Shown: positions 35,299 through 45,679 of the stretch, piece after piece
Position numbering within the stretch: position 1 is the first letter of the stretch
Layout: each line of letters starts with the position of its first letter
Made by a program: the position numbers and the translations under genes
Origin: Thermoplasmata archaeon
GTDB taxonomy: Archaea > Thermoplasmatota > Thermoplasmata > Lutacidiplasmatales > UBA184
DNA length: 64,000 nt
Direction of reading: 5' to 3'
NCBI GenBank assembly: GCA_028864975.1
Contig: JAGWLG010000003.1
Coordinates: forward strand, 64,001 to 128,000
The notes under the pieces: generated by a model
Told to the model about the DNA's origin: nothing
Database searches by the model: none
The model's input: only the letters and a program-made list of their open reading frames with translations

Positions 35299-36387
35299 AT
35301 GAAACGCCAGATGGTCGACATGTTGGCCGACCTGATCAAGCTCTCGAGCGACCCCAACGCCGACAAGCACGAGATCCTGGATTACCTCCAGTCCTTCGCC
35401 GATTCCCTGAAGATGCGTTCGTCGGTCTACGGCGATCCTAGCGCCCCCGCGCTCCTCTCGGAGTACGGCCAGGGCGGCGTGGTCCTCGCAGGGCACCTGG
35501 ACACCCCCCCTGTCGGCGACGGGTGGAGCTTCTCGCAGAGCCAGTTCACCGCGGGACGGATGTACGGACGGGGCGCGGCCGACATGAAGGGGACCGTCGT
35601 GGCGATGCTCTCGGCGGTGAGCGACCTCGTCACGCGGAAGGTCCCTTGCGTCCTGGCGATCACGACCGATGAGGAGACCACGATGAACGGCGCGCAGGCG
35701 CTCTGCAAGACCCTCGCGCTTCGGAGGGCGAAGGCCGTCGTGGTCGGGGAGCCGACAGGTCTTCGGACGGGCTACGCCGAGAAGGGGGTCCTCGACCTCT
35801 CCATCGAGACCCGCGGGCGCTCCGCCCACGGAGCGATGCCCCAGCTCGGGGAGAACGCGGTCGTGAAGCTGATGCGCCTCCTTCGAGCGTTGGAGACGTT
35901 CCGCGGAAGGGTCGCGCACCCGGAGCTCGGGACGGTCACGGTCAACGTGGGGACGTTCCACGGCGGCAATCGCGTGAACGTGGTCCCCTCGCGCGCGAGC
36001 GCGGAGGTCGACATCCGCTTCCCGCCCCCCTACACTCCCGACGAGCTGCAGCGGGAGGTGGAGGAGCACCTGAAGCGGATCAAGACCCCCTTCACGCTCC
36101 GAAGGCTCGTGAGCCTTCCCTCGCTCCAGGCCGACCCGCAGAGCGAACACATTCGGATCTTCAAGGAGGTCTCGGGGAGCGAACTGGCCGTCCTGGTGCA
36201 CGCCTCCGAGGCCGTGCACTACGTTACCGTGAATCCCCGTGTCGTCATCTACGGAGCGGGGGACGAGGACCTGTCGCACCAGGCCAACGAGTACGTCAAG
36301 ATGGAAGCGGTCGTCCGCGCGGCGGAGTCCTACAAGAAGTTCGCCCAGCGGATGGCCTCCATGCGTTCTCCCGCCGGGAAGGGGTAG
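35299..36387 (+). CDS. M20 family metallopeptidase/deacylase (ArgE/DapE-like)
   Basis: GHLDT, GRGAADMKG, DEE, VGEPT, GRSAHG..P.LGENA, HQANEY. Confidence 0.9.
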   Translation: MKRQMVDMLADLIKLSSDPNADKHEILDYLQSFADSLKMRSSVYGDPSAPALLSEYGQGGVVLAGHLDTPPVGDGWSFSQSQFTAGRMYGRGAADMKGTVVAMLSAVSDLVTRKVPCVLAITTDEETTMNGAQALCKTLALRRAKAVVVGEPTGLRTGYAEKGVLDLSIETRGRSAHGAMPQLGENAVVKLMRLLRALETFRGRVAHPELGTVTVNVGTFHGGNRVNVVPSRASAEVDIRFPPPYTPDELQREVEEHLKRIKTPFTLRRLVSLPSLQADPQSEHIRIFKEVSGSELAVLVHASEAVHYVTVNPRVVIYGAGDEDLSHQANEYVKMEAVVRAAESYKKFAQRMASMRSPAGKG

Positions 36388-36469
36388 CGCCCCCCGCACC
36401 GCGGGGCAGAGCAGGAGGGGGCAAGTGGCCGGGCCTTCCGCCCCCCCCTTCCCTCGGGGCCTTCCCTCC

Positions 36470-37693
36470 GTGCTCCAGGGCACCCGGGTGCTGCACGTTC
36501 CCACCCGCTATCCCCCGGCCCCCGGTGGGGTCGAACGACACGTGAGGGAGGTGGCCCTGCGCCAGCGCGCGAGGGGGCTCGACGCCCGGGTGCTCACGAG
36601 CGACCTCTACACCGAGATCCCGTGGCGCCGGCTCGGCTCCGAACCCGGGGCCAGGGGCCCCGCCCGCGAAGGGATCCCTGTCGCGCGACGGCGCGCCTAC
36701 GCCCTGGGCGGGGACCTCCACTACCCCTTCCTGCCGGGGCTGTACTTCGAGGTGCGGCGGCAGGCCCCCTCCATCCTCCATGTCCACACGTACGGCACGT
36801 ACCAAGGGTTCAGCGGGCTCGCGTGGGCGCGCCTGAACCGCCGCCCGTTCGTCATGACCGCCCACTTTCACCCCACGTGGTCGATCTGGGGGGGCGCGCG
36901 CAGGAAGGAGCTCCGAGGGTTCTACGACCGACACCTCGCCTCGCATGTTCTCCGCGCCGTTTCTCGCCTCATCCTCCAGAGCCGGGAGGAAGAGGCCTTG
37001 CTGCGGGAAGTCGTCCCTGACCTTCCCCCGGTCTCGTTCGTCCCTCCTGGCTACACTCCCCTTCCCCCGCCTAGCACCGAGGGCGGGGGTTTTCGGGGAG
37101 CGTTCGGGATACGCGGACCCTTCCTCCTCTTCACCGGCCGCCTCGCGTCGAACAAGGGGATCCCCCTCTTGCTCGACGCCTTCGGTGCGTTGGCGCCCCG
37201 CCATCCGGAGCTGGAGCTCGTCCTTTTGGGAGAGGACGGTGGCGAGGGGGCCGCGACGAGGTCGAAGGCGGAGAAGCTCTCGCTCGCCTCGCGCGTGCAC
37301 ATGACCGGGTTCGTCAAGGACGAGTCGCTCCTCGCGAGCGCCTATGCCCAGGCCGAGGCGTTCGTCCTGCCCTCCGAGTACGAGGCGTTCGGACTGGTCC
37401 TTCTGGAGGCGATGGCCCAAGGGACCCCTGTGGTTGCGACGCGCGTGGGGGGCATCCCTTCTCTGGTCGACGACGGCAAGAATGGTCGGCTGGTCCCCTA
37501 TGGGGACGCGAGCGCGCTCGCCTCCACGCTCGAAGAGGTCCTCTCGGACCGCGAACGCGCGAGGGTCATGGGACGATACGGAAGGGAGCGGACGGTCCCC
37601 GAACACTCCTGGGAACGCACGGTGGAGGGCCTCGAGAAGGTCTACGCCGAGGTGCTCGAAGAGCGGCCGTCGCGGGGAGGACGTGGGGCATGA
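36470..37693 (+). CDS. Glycosyltransferase family 4
   Basis: RYPP..GGVERHV, FTGRLASNKG, FVLPSEYEAFGLVLLEAMA.GTPVVAT..GG; GTG start 36470. Confidence 0.92.
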   Translation: MLQGTRVLHVPTRYPPAPGGVERHVREVALRQRARGLDARVLTSDLYTEIPWRRLGSEPGARGPAREGIPVARRRAYALGGDLHYPFLPGLYFEVRRQAPSILHVHTYGTYQGFSGLAWARLNRRPFVMTAHFHPTWSIWGGARRKELRGFYDRHLASHVLRAVSRLILQSREEEALLREVVPDLPPVSFVPPGYTPLPPPSTEGGGFRGAFGIRGPFLLFTGRLASNKGIPLLLDAFGALAPRHPELELVLLGEDGGEGAATRSKAEKLSLASRVHMTGFVKDESLLASAYAQAEAFVLPSEYEAFGLVLLEAMAQGTPVVATRVGGIPSLVDDGKNGRLVPYGDASALASTLEEVLSDRERARVMGRYGRERTVPEHSWERTVEGLEKVYAEVLEERPSRGGRGA

Positions 37694-38871
37694 GGGTGGC
37701 CCAGGTCCTGCTCCGGTACGATGCCCCGGGAGGCGTGGAGACCCATGTGCGGGAGCTCTCGCGCGCCCTGCGCTCCGCCGGGGACGAGGTCACGGTCTAC
37801 GCGAGCGACCTCTACTCCGAACAGGGGTGGAAGCGCATTGAGGTCCCTTCGACGGAGCTCGACGGGATCCCGGTCCGACGGTTCCCCGCGGTCCGACGGC
37901 TCGTCCCCGGGCTGACGTTGCCGTTGCTCCCCGGGCTGGTGCGTGCGCTCGACGAGGACCGCCCGGAGGTCATCCACGCCCACTCGCATCGCTACGGGCA
38001 CGTGCTCGAGTCCGCGCTCGTCGCTCGGGCCCGGCATCTTCCGCTCATCGTCGGGACGCACTATCACCCGGCGGACCCTTGGGAGCCGCCGTGGAAGAAG
38101 GGGATGCTTCGGGGGCAGGACCATCTCTTCGGGATGACCGCCTACCGCACGGCCCGCGCCCTCGTGGTCGAGACCGAGCACGAGGCGGTGCAGGTGCGCG
38201 AGTTCGCGCCCCCCGAGAAGGTTCGCGTCGTCCCCCCCGGGATCGACCTCGCGTCATGGTCCTCGCTCCCGACGCCCAGAGAGGCACGGCGCCTCCTGGG
38301 GCTCGACGAGCCCTACGTGCTGTACGCGGGCCGCCTCGCTCCCAACAAGGGGCTGCGCTTCCTCCTGGAGGCCTGGGCGGGGCTCCCCGCGAAGGAGCGC
38401 CCCCCCTGGGTCGTGGTGGGCGAGGACTGGGGGATGCGATCGACCCTCGAGGAGCGGGCGCGCGCCCTGGGGGTCGCGGGCGAGATCAAGTTCCTGGGCA
38501 ACCTCGCGGAGCCCGAGCGCTACCGCGCGGCCTTCGCCGGGGCGATGGCCTTCGTGCTTCCGTCCGAGTACGAGGCGTTCGGCCTCGTGCTCCTAGAGGC
38601 CATGGCGGCCCGGCTCCCCGTGGTCGCCACCTCGGTGGGGGGCGTTCCGGAGGTCGTGGAGGAGGGGCGGACGGCGCTCCTGGTCCCATCGGCGAACGTC
38701 GAGGCGCTGCGCGGCGCCCTTCGGACGCTGCTCGGCGATCCAGGACGGGCCCGAGCGATGGGCGAGGACGGGCGGCGGCGCGTCGAGGAGCGCTTCTCCT
38801 GGACGACGACGGCCGAGCGGATACGCGCTATCTACCGCGGGGCGCGGGGGGAAGCTCGGGCTTCGGGATGA
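37690..38871 (+). CDS. Glycosyltransferase family 4 (tandem paralogue)
   Basis: GGVETHV, YAGRLAPNKG, FVLPSEYEAFGLVLLEAMA. Confidence 0.92.
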   Translation: MRVAQVLLRYDAPGGVETHVRELSRALRSAGDEVTVYASDLYSEQGWKRIEVPSTELDGIPVRRFPAVRRLVPGLTLPLLPGLVRALDEDRPEVIHAHSHRYGHVLESALVARARHLPLIVGTHYHPADPWEPPWKKGMLRGQDHLFGMTAYRTARALVVETEHEAVQVREFAPPEKVRVVPPGIDLASWSSLPTPREARRLLGLDEPYVLYAGRLAPNKGLRFLLEAWAGLPAKERPPWVVVGEDWGMRSTLEERARALGVAGEIKFLGNLAEPERYRAAFAGAMAFVLPSEYEAFGLVLLEAMAARLPVVATSVGGVPEVVEEGRTALLVPSANVEALRGALRTLLGDPGRARAMGEDGRRRVEERFSWTTTAERIRAIYRGARGEARASG

Positions 38872-39017
38872 GCCGGGGAGCGGGACCGGGAGGGGGACGC
38901 GTCGGCGTCGAGGTCCTGGATCTCCTGGGCGAGCCCCTCGAGCGCTCGGCGGGCCTCGGAGGTCTTGTGGAACCGCGCGGCCACGGAGAGGAGGAGGGCG
39001 AGAAGCGAGAACCGCAT
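38832..39017 (-). CDS. Possible small hypothetical protein
   Basis: ATG ORF just downstream of the aminotransferase; no recognisable motif and overlaps the GT 3' end. Confidence 0.25.
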   Translation of the reverse strand: MRFSLLALLLSVAARFHKTSEARRALEGLAQEIQDLDADASPSRSRSPAHPEARASPRAPR

Positions 39018-39050
39018 GGGGGTGACCTGGGGGGGTGGGATCGTGGAGCG

Positions 39051-40235
39051 CTACGCGGTCCCCGCGACGCGCTCGGGCCGCCGACCGTTCGATTCCTCCT
39101 CGCCGAAGGTCCTGAGGATCGTCATGGCCTTGCGGATGTTCTCCCGGGAGTTCGCGAAGGAGAAACGCAGGTGGGATTCTCCGAGCGAGCCGAACGCCTC
39201 GCCGTGGGTGCACCGCAGCCCTCGCTGGAGGAGGGTCTGGGCCGCCTCGAGGGAGGGCATCCCCCAAGTATAGCTCGGGAAGGCGTAGAAGGCCCCCTCG
39301 GGCTTGACGCAGTGCATGCCCGGGACCGAGTTCAGGCCGCGGACGATGAGGTCGCGGCGCGCGCGGAACTCCTTGGCCATCGCCGCGATCTCGTCGCGGG
39401 CGTCGGTCAGGCCGCGCAGGGCGGCCACCTGGCAGGGCGTGGAAGGGCAGGCCACCATGTGGTAGTGGATCTTATTCGCTTCGACGGCCACCTCTGCCGA
39501 GGCGACGAGGTACCCCAGGCGCCAGCCCGTCATGGCTAGGATCTTGGAGAAGGAGTTCACGACGACGACACGGTCGTAGCGCCCCCAGAAGCTCCGGTGG
39601 CCGCCCGGGGTGTAGACGATCTCGTCGTAGACCTCGTCCGAGAGGATGGTGAGGTCGTGCTCCTGCGCGAAGGAGACGATGCCGTCGATCGACCTGGGGG
39701 TGAAGACCCCTCCTGTCGGATTCGAGGGGGAGTTCACGACGATGGCCCGGGTCCGGTCGGTGACGATCTCCTCGAGCTCGTCGAGGTCGGGCTGGAAGCC
39801 GTTCTCCTCCCGTAGGGAGTAGGGTACTGGGACGGCGTCCGCCATCCGGGCGTGGGGGCCGTAGAGAACGAAGCCGGGGTTCGGGATCAGGACCTCGTTC
39901 CCGGGGTCGTAGAGGGCGAGGGCCGCGGAGAGGAGGGCCTCGGTGCCCCCGCACGTGACGATGACGTTGTCCCTCGACGTGCGCGGGTCGTACCTGCGGT
40001 AGCGTTCAGCGAGAGCGTCCCTCAGCGCGGGGATACCGGCGGAGGGTCCGTACTTGTTGTGGGTCCCGCCGGTACGTACGGCCTCGAAGAGGGCCTCCTG
40101 CACCACACGCGGGGGGTTGAAGTCGGGTTCCCCCAGGCCTAGGTTGATCGAACCGGGGGGTGCCGGGGCGTCGAACATCTTCCGGATGCCCGACATCTCC
40201 AGGGAGCGAGCGCGGGTGGAGAGCTTCTGCTCCAT
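39051..40235 (-). CDS. PLP-dependent aminotransferase class I/II (aspartate aminotransferase-like)
   Basis: INLGLGEPDF, YGPSAG...LR, NSPSNPTG, SDEVY, NSFSK..AMTGWRLG; start ATG 40235. Confidence 0.95.
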   Translation of the reverse strand: MEQKLSTRARSLEMSGIRKMFDAPAPPGSINLGLGEPDFNPPRVVQEALFEAVRTGGTHNKYGPSAGIPALRDALAERYRRYDPRTSRDNVIVTCGGTEALLSAALALYDPGNEVLIPNPGFVLYGPHARMADAVPVPYSLREENGFQPDLDELEEIVTDRTRAIVVNSPSNPTGGVFTPRSIDGIVSFAQEHDLTILSDEVYDEIVYTPGGHRSFWGRYDRVVVVNSFSKILAMTGWRLGYLVASAEVAVEANKIHYHMVACPSTPCQVAALRGLTDARDEIAAMAKEFRARRDLIVRGLNSVPGMHCVKPEGAFYAFPSYTWGMPSLEAAQTLLQRGLRCTHGEAFGSLGESHLRFSFANSRENIRKAMTILRTFGEEESNGRRPERVAGTA

Positions 40236-40388
40236 GCAAACCCCCTCGAACGCCCCCGCAAGCTCCGCGGGGGAGATAACGTCAGGGGGGGCGGCCGATC
40301 TTGGCCCTTTCGCACCTGGCGACGGCCTTTCATTTCGAGAGAACGGCGTGCAAACAGGTTTATCAACGGGGGGAGGTCCATTTCGACC

Positions 40389-43088
40389 ATGGCCCTCTGG
40401 CAAGGCGTCGCCCTCCCGCTCGTGGCCGTGGCCCTCGTGCTCATCCTCGCCCCCGCAGGTTCCCTCGGCTTCACCCTGACGCACGGGGCCGACGTGCGCC
40501 CCTCGACGCCCTCGCACCTCGTCGCCGCCGTCCAGGGAGCGCACTCGCTCCCTCGCGAGGGCACCTCGTCCGGGGGAGGGCGCTCTCCCGCTGCCCCTTC
40601 CGTCTCACCCTGCGGCTTTCCCCAGTGCGTGCTGCTGCAACTCGGGACCTCGGCGTCGGTCGGGGGCTTCTACCCCACGACCACCTTCAACACCGGGACC
40701 GTGGGGGGCGCGGACCAAGTCTTCTTCCGGATCTGCGACTTCGCGGGGGACCACTGGGCGAACGTCACGATCGAGGACCTGAACTCGAGCTCCGACGGAC
40801 TTCCCACCCGCGTCTTCTATCACAGCGTCCCGCTGGTCTTCTCGTTGGGCTCGGGCTGCCCCGGGGGGACCGCGTTCGATTCCACCATCGCCCCGCAGCT
40901 CTTCTACACGCTTCCGCGCAGCCTCGTCCAGGGGGGCACCTGGCTCTTCAACGTGACCGCGAGCACATCCTCGTGGTCGATGAACGAGCTCAACTTCCAC
41001 GTCGACACCTACTTCGTGCAGCTCACCCCGGACCAGCTCGACCATCTTCCGGGGGACCGTGCCACGGTCTTCTACCAGGTGCTCTCGTACGTGACCCAAG
41101 GGCCGGAGTCCGGGAGCCTTGCCTTCCGCGCCAACGGGCTCTACGTCAACGGTTCCCGCCCGTACGCGGTGACCGCGCTGCCACCTCTCACGCCGCCCGT
41201 TTCGGCGGCGCAAGGGGAGATCTCCTTCCTCATTCCGCAGGACGCGCAGCGGGGGCAATGGGCCTACGTGAACCTCTGGGCGAACCTCACGGCGAGCGGA
41301 AGGACCGGCATGGAGACGGGTCGGCTCACCTTCTCCATCGCGCAGGTCATCGCTCCCGAGGTCTGCGCTTCGACGACGACGGACGGGGGCCCCATTCCGT
41401 GTCCTTCGCCGCTCTCCTTCCCGCAAGGGAGCGAGCTCGTGGTCCGCGAGGACGCGGTCATGGGAGCCCTGTCCGGGACGGTCCTCGGAGCGATCCCTGG
41501 GGCCACGTTCTCGCTTCAGCTCTACGCCTCGGGCGTCCCGGTCTCCGCCCCACCCTCCTTCCCGACCTCGGTGACCGCGGACGCCTCGGGGACGGCCCGG
41601 GAGGTCCTGGACACGACCGTCCTCAGGGTCTCCTCGCTCACGATCAGTGTCACGGTGACCGACCCGCAGAACCCTTCGCTCACGAACCGCAGCACGCTCA
41701 ACATCACGCTGCTAGGGAACTCGAGCCAGGTGGCCGTCGTGATCTCGCTCAACAGCACGCAGTACTACGGCGGGGACACCCTCGGTGGGACCTTCGCGCT
41801 CGTCCTCCCGGGCGGGGGCGGAGGGACGCCCCCCTACTGGACCGCCTACGCGTACCAGGTCTACTTCTTCGCGGGCTCGACCGTCTGCCCGATGCTCCCC
41901 ACGGGGGCGCTGGAAGCGCAGGGGAACCTTTCGGGGGGCTCTGGGAACGTGCCGCCCTACACGCTCGCCCTGTCGATGAACGGGATCGTCGAGCTCATCA
42001 TCTTCGCGCACAACGGCACCTCCGCGTCGAGCCTGGGGATCTTCTCGATGGCCTGCGCCCTGGTCTCGCCGCCGCAGATCCTCGTAAATCCCTCCGAGGT
42101 GAACTACCTCCCCGGCGACACCATCACGGTGGGCATCACGGGGCAGGGCTCCGTGCTGGTCCGCGGGAACCCCTCGTACTACGCTAACGTCGTCGGGTTC
42201 GCGAGCGTCAGCGGGCACACCCCGTGCTCGGGCAGCACGATGCAGGTGCTCTACGGGGGAGCGGTCTCGGGCACCACCTTCTCCTTCACCGTCCCCAAGA
42301 ACGGGGCCTCGATCTGCTACGAGGTGAGCGTTTCGGCCGAGACCTCGAGCGGCCTGGTGAGCGGCGAGGACGTGGAGCTGGACGAGGTCAACGGGTTCTC
42401 GCTCACGGCCTCCGTCTCGAGCCCCTCCCAGTATACGGACGGGAGCTTCCAGCCCGGACAGACCATCGACCTCGCTTACGCGCTGACGGCGCTGGGAAGC
42501 TCGTCGCTCCCTCGCGCGGTCACGCTCCTGGTCCAGCTCGGCGTCGAGCCCGCGACCCGGACGCAGCAGGCCTCCACCTCGGGTACGTTCTCGGTCGGCA
42601 TTCCCTCGAACCAGGGGGGAGGGCTCCTCCTCATCTCCGTCGAGGCCGAGGTGGCGGACCCCAACTCCCCCGGGGGGGTCCAGTACGTCTCCACCATCAC
42701 GGGGGTCATGGTCCACCCCAACCCCTCCTGGCTCGAGCAGGAGCTCTCGCCGGGGGGAGGGTTCACCAACGGGGACCTCCTGGTGGTGGTCGTCATCCTG
42801 GCGATCGCCGCGATCGGGCTGCTCCTCTGGTGGCGCGGCCGTTGGGAGCGCCCTTCGAAGCACTTCCGCGAGTCGCATGGAACGAAGGGCGAGGCGCATC
42901 CAATGCACCCGGAGCCTGTCGAGCCGGGCCCTCCCCTGTCCGCCCCCGTCGACGAGGTCGCCCCCGCGCCCTTCGGGGATGCGGGACCGAGCTCGCCCCC
43001 TGCGGTCCCGGGGGGGAGACTGCGCCCCGAACCGCCACCGGAGCCCCCCGCGGTGACTCCCGGGCCCCCCACCTCCTCGGAATACTGA
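40389..43088 (+). CDS. Large membrane-anchored surface protein (899 aa), beta-rich, function unknown
   Basis: N-terminal hydrophobic signal, many N-x-S/T sequons, C-terminal TM (LLVVVVILAIAAIGLLLWW) and Pro-rich tail; TTTATC and GGAGGT upstream. Confidence 0.8.
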   Translation: MALWQGVALPLVAVALVLILAPAGSLGFTLTHGADVRPSTPSHLVAAVQGAHSLPREGTSSGGGRSPAAPSVSPCGFPQCVLLQLGTSASVGGFYPTTTFNTGTVGGADQVFFRICDFAGDHWANVTIEDLNSSSDGLPTRVFYHSVPLVFSLGSGCPGGTAFDSTIAPQLFYTLPRSLVQGGTWLFNVTASTSSWSMNELNFHVDTYFVQLTPDQLDHLPGDRATVFYQVLSYVTQGPESGSLAFRANGLYVNGSRPYAVTALPPLTPPVSAAQGEISFLIPQDAQRGQWAYVNLWANLTASGRTGMETGRLTFSIAQVIAPEVCASTTTDGGPIPCPSPLSFPQGSELVVREDAVMGALSGTVLGAIPGATFSLQLYASGVPVSAPPSFPTSVTADASGTAREVLDTTVLRVSSLTISVTVTDPQNPSLTNRSTLNITLLGNSSQVAVVISLNSTQYYGGDTLGGTFALVLPGGGGGTPPYWTAYAYQVYFFAGSTVCPMLPTGALEAQGNLSGGSGNVPPYTLALSMNGIVELIIFAHNGTSASSLGIFSMACALVSPPQILVNPSEVNYLPGDTITVGITGQGSVLVRGNPSYYANVVGFASVSGHTPCSGSTMQVLYGGAVSGTTFSFTVPKNGASICYEVSVSAETSSGLVSGEDVELDEVNGFSLTASVSSPSQYTDGSFQPGQTIDLAYALTALGSSSLPRAVTLLVQLGVEPATRTQQASTSGTFSVGIPSNQGGGLLLISVEAEVADPNSPGGVQYVSTITGVMVHPNPSWLEQELSPGGGFTNGDLLVVVVILAIAAIGLLLWWRGRWERPSKHFRESHGTKGEAHPMHPEPVEPGPPLSAPVDEVAPAPFGDAGPSSPPAVPGGRLRPEPPPEPPAVTPGPPTSSEY

Positions 43089-43145
43089 TCCTCGCGCGCA
43101 CCTCAAGCATAATACGGTGGGCCTCTCCGGCGCTCGTCGGGGGTC

Positions 43146-44492
43146 GTGCGCGTGCCGGTCAGCGCCATCATCGGAGCGCAGTTCGGAGACGAGGCCAAGG
43201 GGAAGGTCACCGACTACCTGTGCGCGAGGGCGGATATCTCCGTCCGGTACCAGGGAGGGCCCAACGCGGGCCACTCCGTCCAGCCGGGGGAGCAGATGGT
43301 GGTCCTCCACCAGCTCTCCGCCGGCATCCTTCGCTCGGGGTGTGTCGCGGTGAGCGGGCCGGGGATGGTCATCTCCCCGCCAAGCCTTCTGGACGAGCTC
43401 GAAGGGCTCCGGCGCCAGGGCGAGCTCCGAGGAGAGCTGCGCGTGAGCGAGCGGGCCCACGTCGTGCTGCCGCTGCACCGGGCGCAGGACGGTTGGGAGG
43501 AGAAGGTCCGCGGGGTCCATGCCACGGGAACCACGTTGCGGGGGATCGGACCGGCCTACATGGACCGTGTCGGCCGATGGGGGATCCGCATGGCGGACCT
43601 CTCGCGACCCGAGATCATCAAACAGAAGCTGGAGCTGCTCTACGCCGCGAAGAAGCACCTGCGCGACGAGGTCCCGGACCTGCCGTCGATCGACACGCTC
43701 ACGGAGGAGCTCCGCCAGCAGGGGCTCGCGCTCAAGCCGTACCTCGCGAACACGGAGCCCTACCTATGGGGGGCCGCTCGCAGCGGGAAGCGGATCATTC
43801 TCGAGGGGGCCCAGAGCGCGCTCCTGGACGTCGACTTCGGGACCTACCCGTTCGTGACCTCCTCGCATCCCACCGCTGCGGGGGCGCTCGTTGGGAGCGG
43901 CCTTCCGCCCCAGGAACTGGATGATGTCGTCGGGGTGGCCAAGGCCTACTCCACCCGTGTTGGGAGCGGCCCTTTCCCCACCGAGCTCGAGGGGGCCGCC
44001 GCCGACCGGCTTCGGGAGATGGGGGGGGAGCGTGGTGCCACGACGGGGCGACCGCGTCGATGTGGATGGATGGACCTCGTCCTCCTACGGTATGCCGCGA
44101 GGCTCAACGGGTTCACGTCTCTCGCGATCACGAAGGTCGACGTTCTCGGCGGCGAACCGGAGGTCCCGGTGTGCGTGGGCTACGAGCTCCCAAACGGTGA
44201 AAGGTCGGACGAATACCCACCGGTCCTGGCGGAGGACCTAGAAGCGGTCTCCCCGGTCTGGAGGACCTTCCCGGGATGGGGAGAGTTCACCCCGAAGCTC
44301 CGCGCGAGACTGGCGGAACAGGGATGGCGGGCGCTGCCGACCGAGCTCAAGCGCTACCTCGCGTTCATCGGCGGTGAGACGGGAGCCCCCGTCACCGTCG
44401 TGAGCTACGGGCCGCGTCGGGACGAGACCGTCGAGGTCCCACCGAACGCTTTCGAGACCGCGGCCGGGATCTCAGAGTGGCATCCGAACTGA
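43146..44492 (+). CDS. purA: Adenylosuccinate synthetase
   Basis: GAQFGDEAKGK, QGGPNAGH, TTLRGIGPAY.D, EGAQ..LLD.DFGTYPFVTSS, TTGRPRRCGW.D, TKVDVL. Confidence 0.97.
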   Translation: MRVPVSAIIGAQFGDEAKGKVTDYLCARADISVRYQGGPNAGHSVQPGEQMVVLHQLSAGILRSGCVAVSGPGMVISPPSLLDELEGLRRQGELRGELRVSERAHVVLPLHRAQDGWEEKVRGVHATGTTLRGIGPAYMDRVGRWGIRMADLSRPEIIKQKLELLYAAKKHLRDEVPDLPSIDTLTEELRQQGLALKPYLANTEPYLWGAARSGKRIILEGAQSALLDVDFGTYPFVTSSHPTAAGALVGSGLPPQELDDVVGVAKAYSTRVGSGPFPTELEGAAADRLREMGGERGATTGRPRRCGWMDLVLLRYAARLNGFTSLAITKVDVLGGEPEVPVCVGYELPNGERSDEYPPVLAEDLEAVSPVWRTFPGWGEFTPKLRARLAEQGWRALPTELKRYLAFIGGETGAPVTVVSYGPRRDETVEVPPNAFETAAGISEWHPN

Positions 44493-44570
44493 AGGCCGCG
44501 AGGCCCGCTCCAGTTCGGCCTGGGGAGCAATCTTTACCCTGTCGTTGAACTGGGCCCGCCGCGCCGACAG

Positions 44571-44643
44571 GGGCTCGTAGTCCAGCGGTTAAGACGGCTG
44601 TCTCACACACAGCAGATCCCCGGTTCGAATCCGGGCGAGCCCA
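44571..44643 (+). tRNA. tRNA-Val (anticodon CAC)
   Basis: Acceptor GGGCTCG/CGAGCCC, anticodon arm GCTGT-CT-CAC-AC-ACAGC, T arm CCCGG-TTCGAAT-CCGGG. Confidence 0.96.
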
Positions 44644-44709
44644 CTCGCTTGACCCTTCTCGGTTCCCGCTTCGCGGGGACCTCAGGAGCCGACCGGGAAC
44701 ACGAGCGGG

Positions 44710-45159
44710 TCAGGGCCGGGCCGACTTCGCCCTGTGGTACTCGGCCTTGACCGCGGGAGCATCATCGCGGAACTCGCTCTCCAAGAACTCTCGAGCCGCG
44801 GCCTCGACCCCCTCCGGAGGTAGGGTGGGGGACGTGAACTCTCCATAGACATCGATGCGGGTCTTCTCGCCCTGCGGCTTGTAGACGTAGACGAACTTCG
44901 ACCCCGCCAGTACGCCGTCGAGCCACTCGGTGGTCACGGAGATGGGCGGAACCATCGTGATCCGCATTCGGTCGGGAGCCCACTTCCCCCTGAGAAGCCT
45001 CTCCGAGCCGTACTCGATGGTGATCTCCGAGACTTTCTTGAACTTCGGGTTCCGGGTCGTCTTGTGGGCCGCATCATGGCCCTCGCCGCCGAAGATGTAC
45101 TTCCAGACGAAATCGACCGGCGCTTCGAACTCGCTTCCCTCATCCTTCAGATAGACCAT
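44710..45159 (-). CDS. Hypothetical protein, possibly SRPBCC/START-like
   Basis: EFEAPVDFVWKY start and beta-strand pattern typical of SRPBCC; divergent from the HxlR regulator. Confidence 0.55.
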   Translation of the reverse strand: MVYLKDEGSEFEAPVDFVWKYIFGGEGHDAAHKTTRNPKFKKVSEITIEYGSERLLRGKWAPDRMRITMVPPISVTTEWLDGVLAGSKFVYVYKPQGEKTRIDVYGEFTSPTLPPEGVEAAAREFLESEFRDDAPAVKAEYHRAKSARP

Positions 45160-45235
45160 GGTGTCCCAGCCCCTCTTGCCCCCTCTATCTGCGGGGGTCT
45201 ATTTCAGTGCGTAGGCGAAAGAAAGTAGGACGGAC

Positions 45236-45679
45236 ATGACCGCAGCTTCTCAGCGCAGGACGCACGTCCGTGTCCGCCTGAACTTCCTAGCGTACCCGAT
45301 GCAGTCGAGCCTCGGTGTTCTGGGTCGGCGATGGGCCTTCCTCATTCTGATGCACATCGCGATGGGGCAAGCTCAGAGATTCAACCAACTGCTCCGGAAG
45401 TCACCCGGGATGGGGAAGCGGATCCTGGCCATGCGCCTGCGAGAGCTCGAGGAGCTCGAGTTCATCGTGCGCGTCCAAGAGCACGGGGGACACACCATCT
45501 GGCGGCTCACTCCGAAAGGACAGGATGTCCTTCCGGTCATGCTGACCCTGATCCATTTTGCTTCGAAGTGGCGAGCGACCGAGGATCCCTCGAAGGGGCC
45601 GAGCCCGTCCCTCGCTAGGGAGTTCGACGTCGTCGTCCACCAGGCCCTATCTCGACCCAGGTCTGAGGTTCGAAAATAG
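45236..45679 (+). CDS. HxlR/MarR-type winged-helix transcriptional regulator
   Basis: LGRRWAFLIL..I..G...RFNQL....PG....IL..RLRELE....I.R......Y.LT.KG..V.PV...L..F. Confidence 0.88.
   Translation: MTAASQRRTHVRVRLNFLAYPMQSSLGVLGRRWAFLILMHIAMGQAQRFNQLLRKSPGMGKRILAMRLRELEELEFIVRVQEHGGHTIWRLTPKGQDVLPVMLTLIHFASKWRATEDPSKGPSPSLAREFDVVVHQALSRPRSEVRK

Noticed and set aside
37370-38605. Near-identical DNA stretch in the two tandem GT4 genes (CCGAGTACGAGGCGTTCGG)
   Set aside because: Encodes the conserved PSEYEAFG motif of paralogues; ordinary coding similarity.
38832-39053. Small ORF in frame with the aminotransferase TAG (possible readthrough)
   Set aside because: The aminotransferase is already full length, there is no pyl or recoding signal, and in-frame coincidence has a one-in-three chance.
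13940-44660. tRNA 3' ends (Arg, Ala, Val) as integration sites
   Set aside because: No duplicated tRNA 3' fragment was found in the window by eye.
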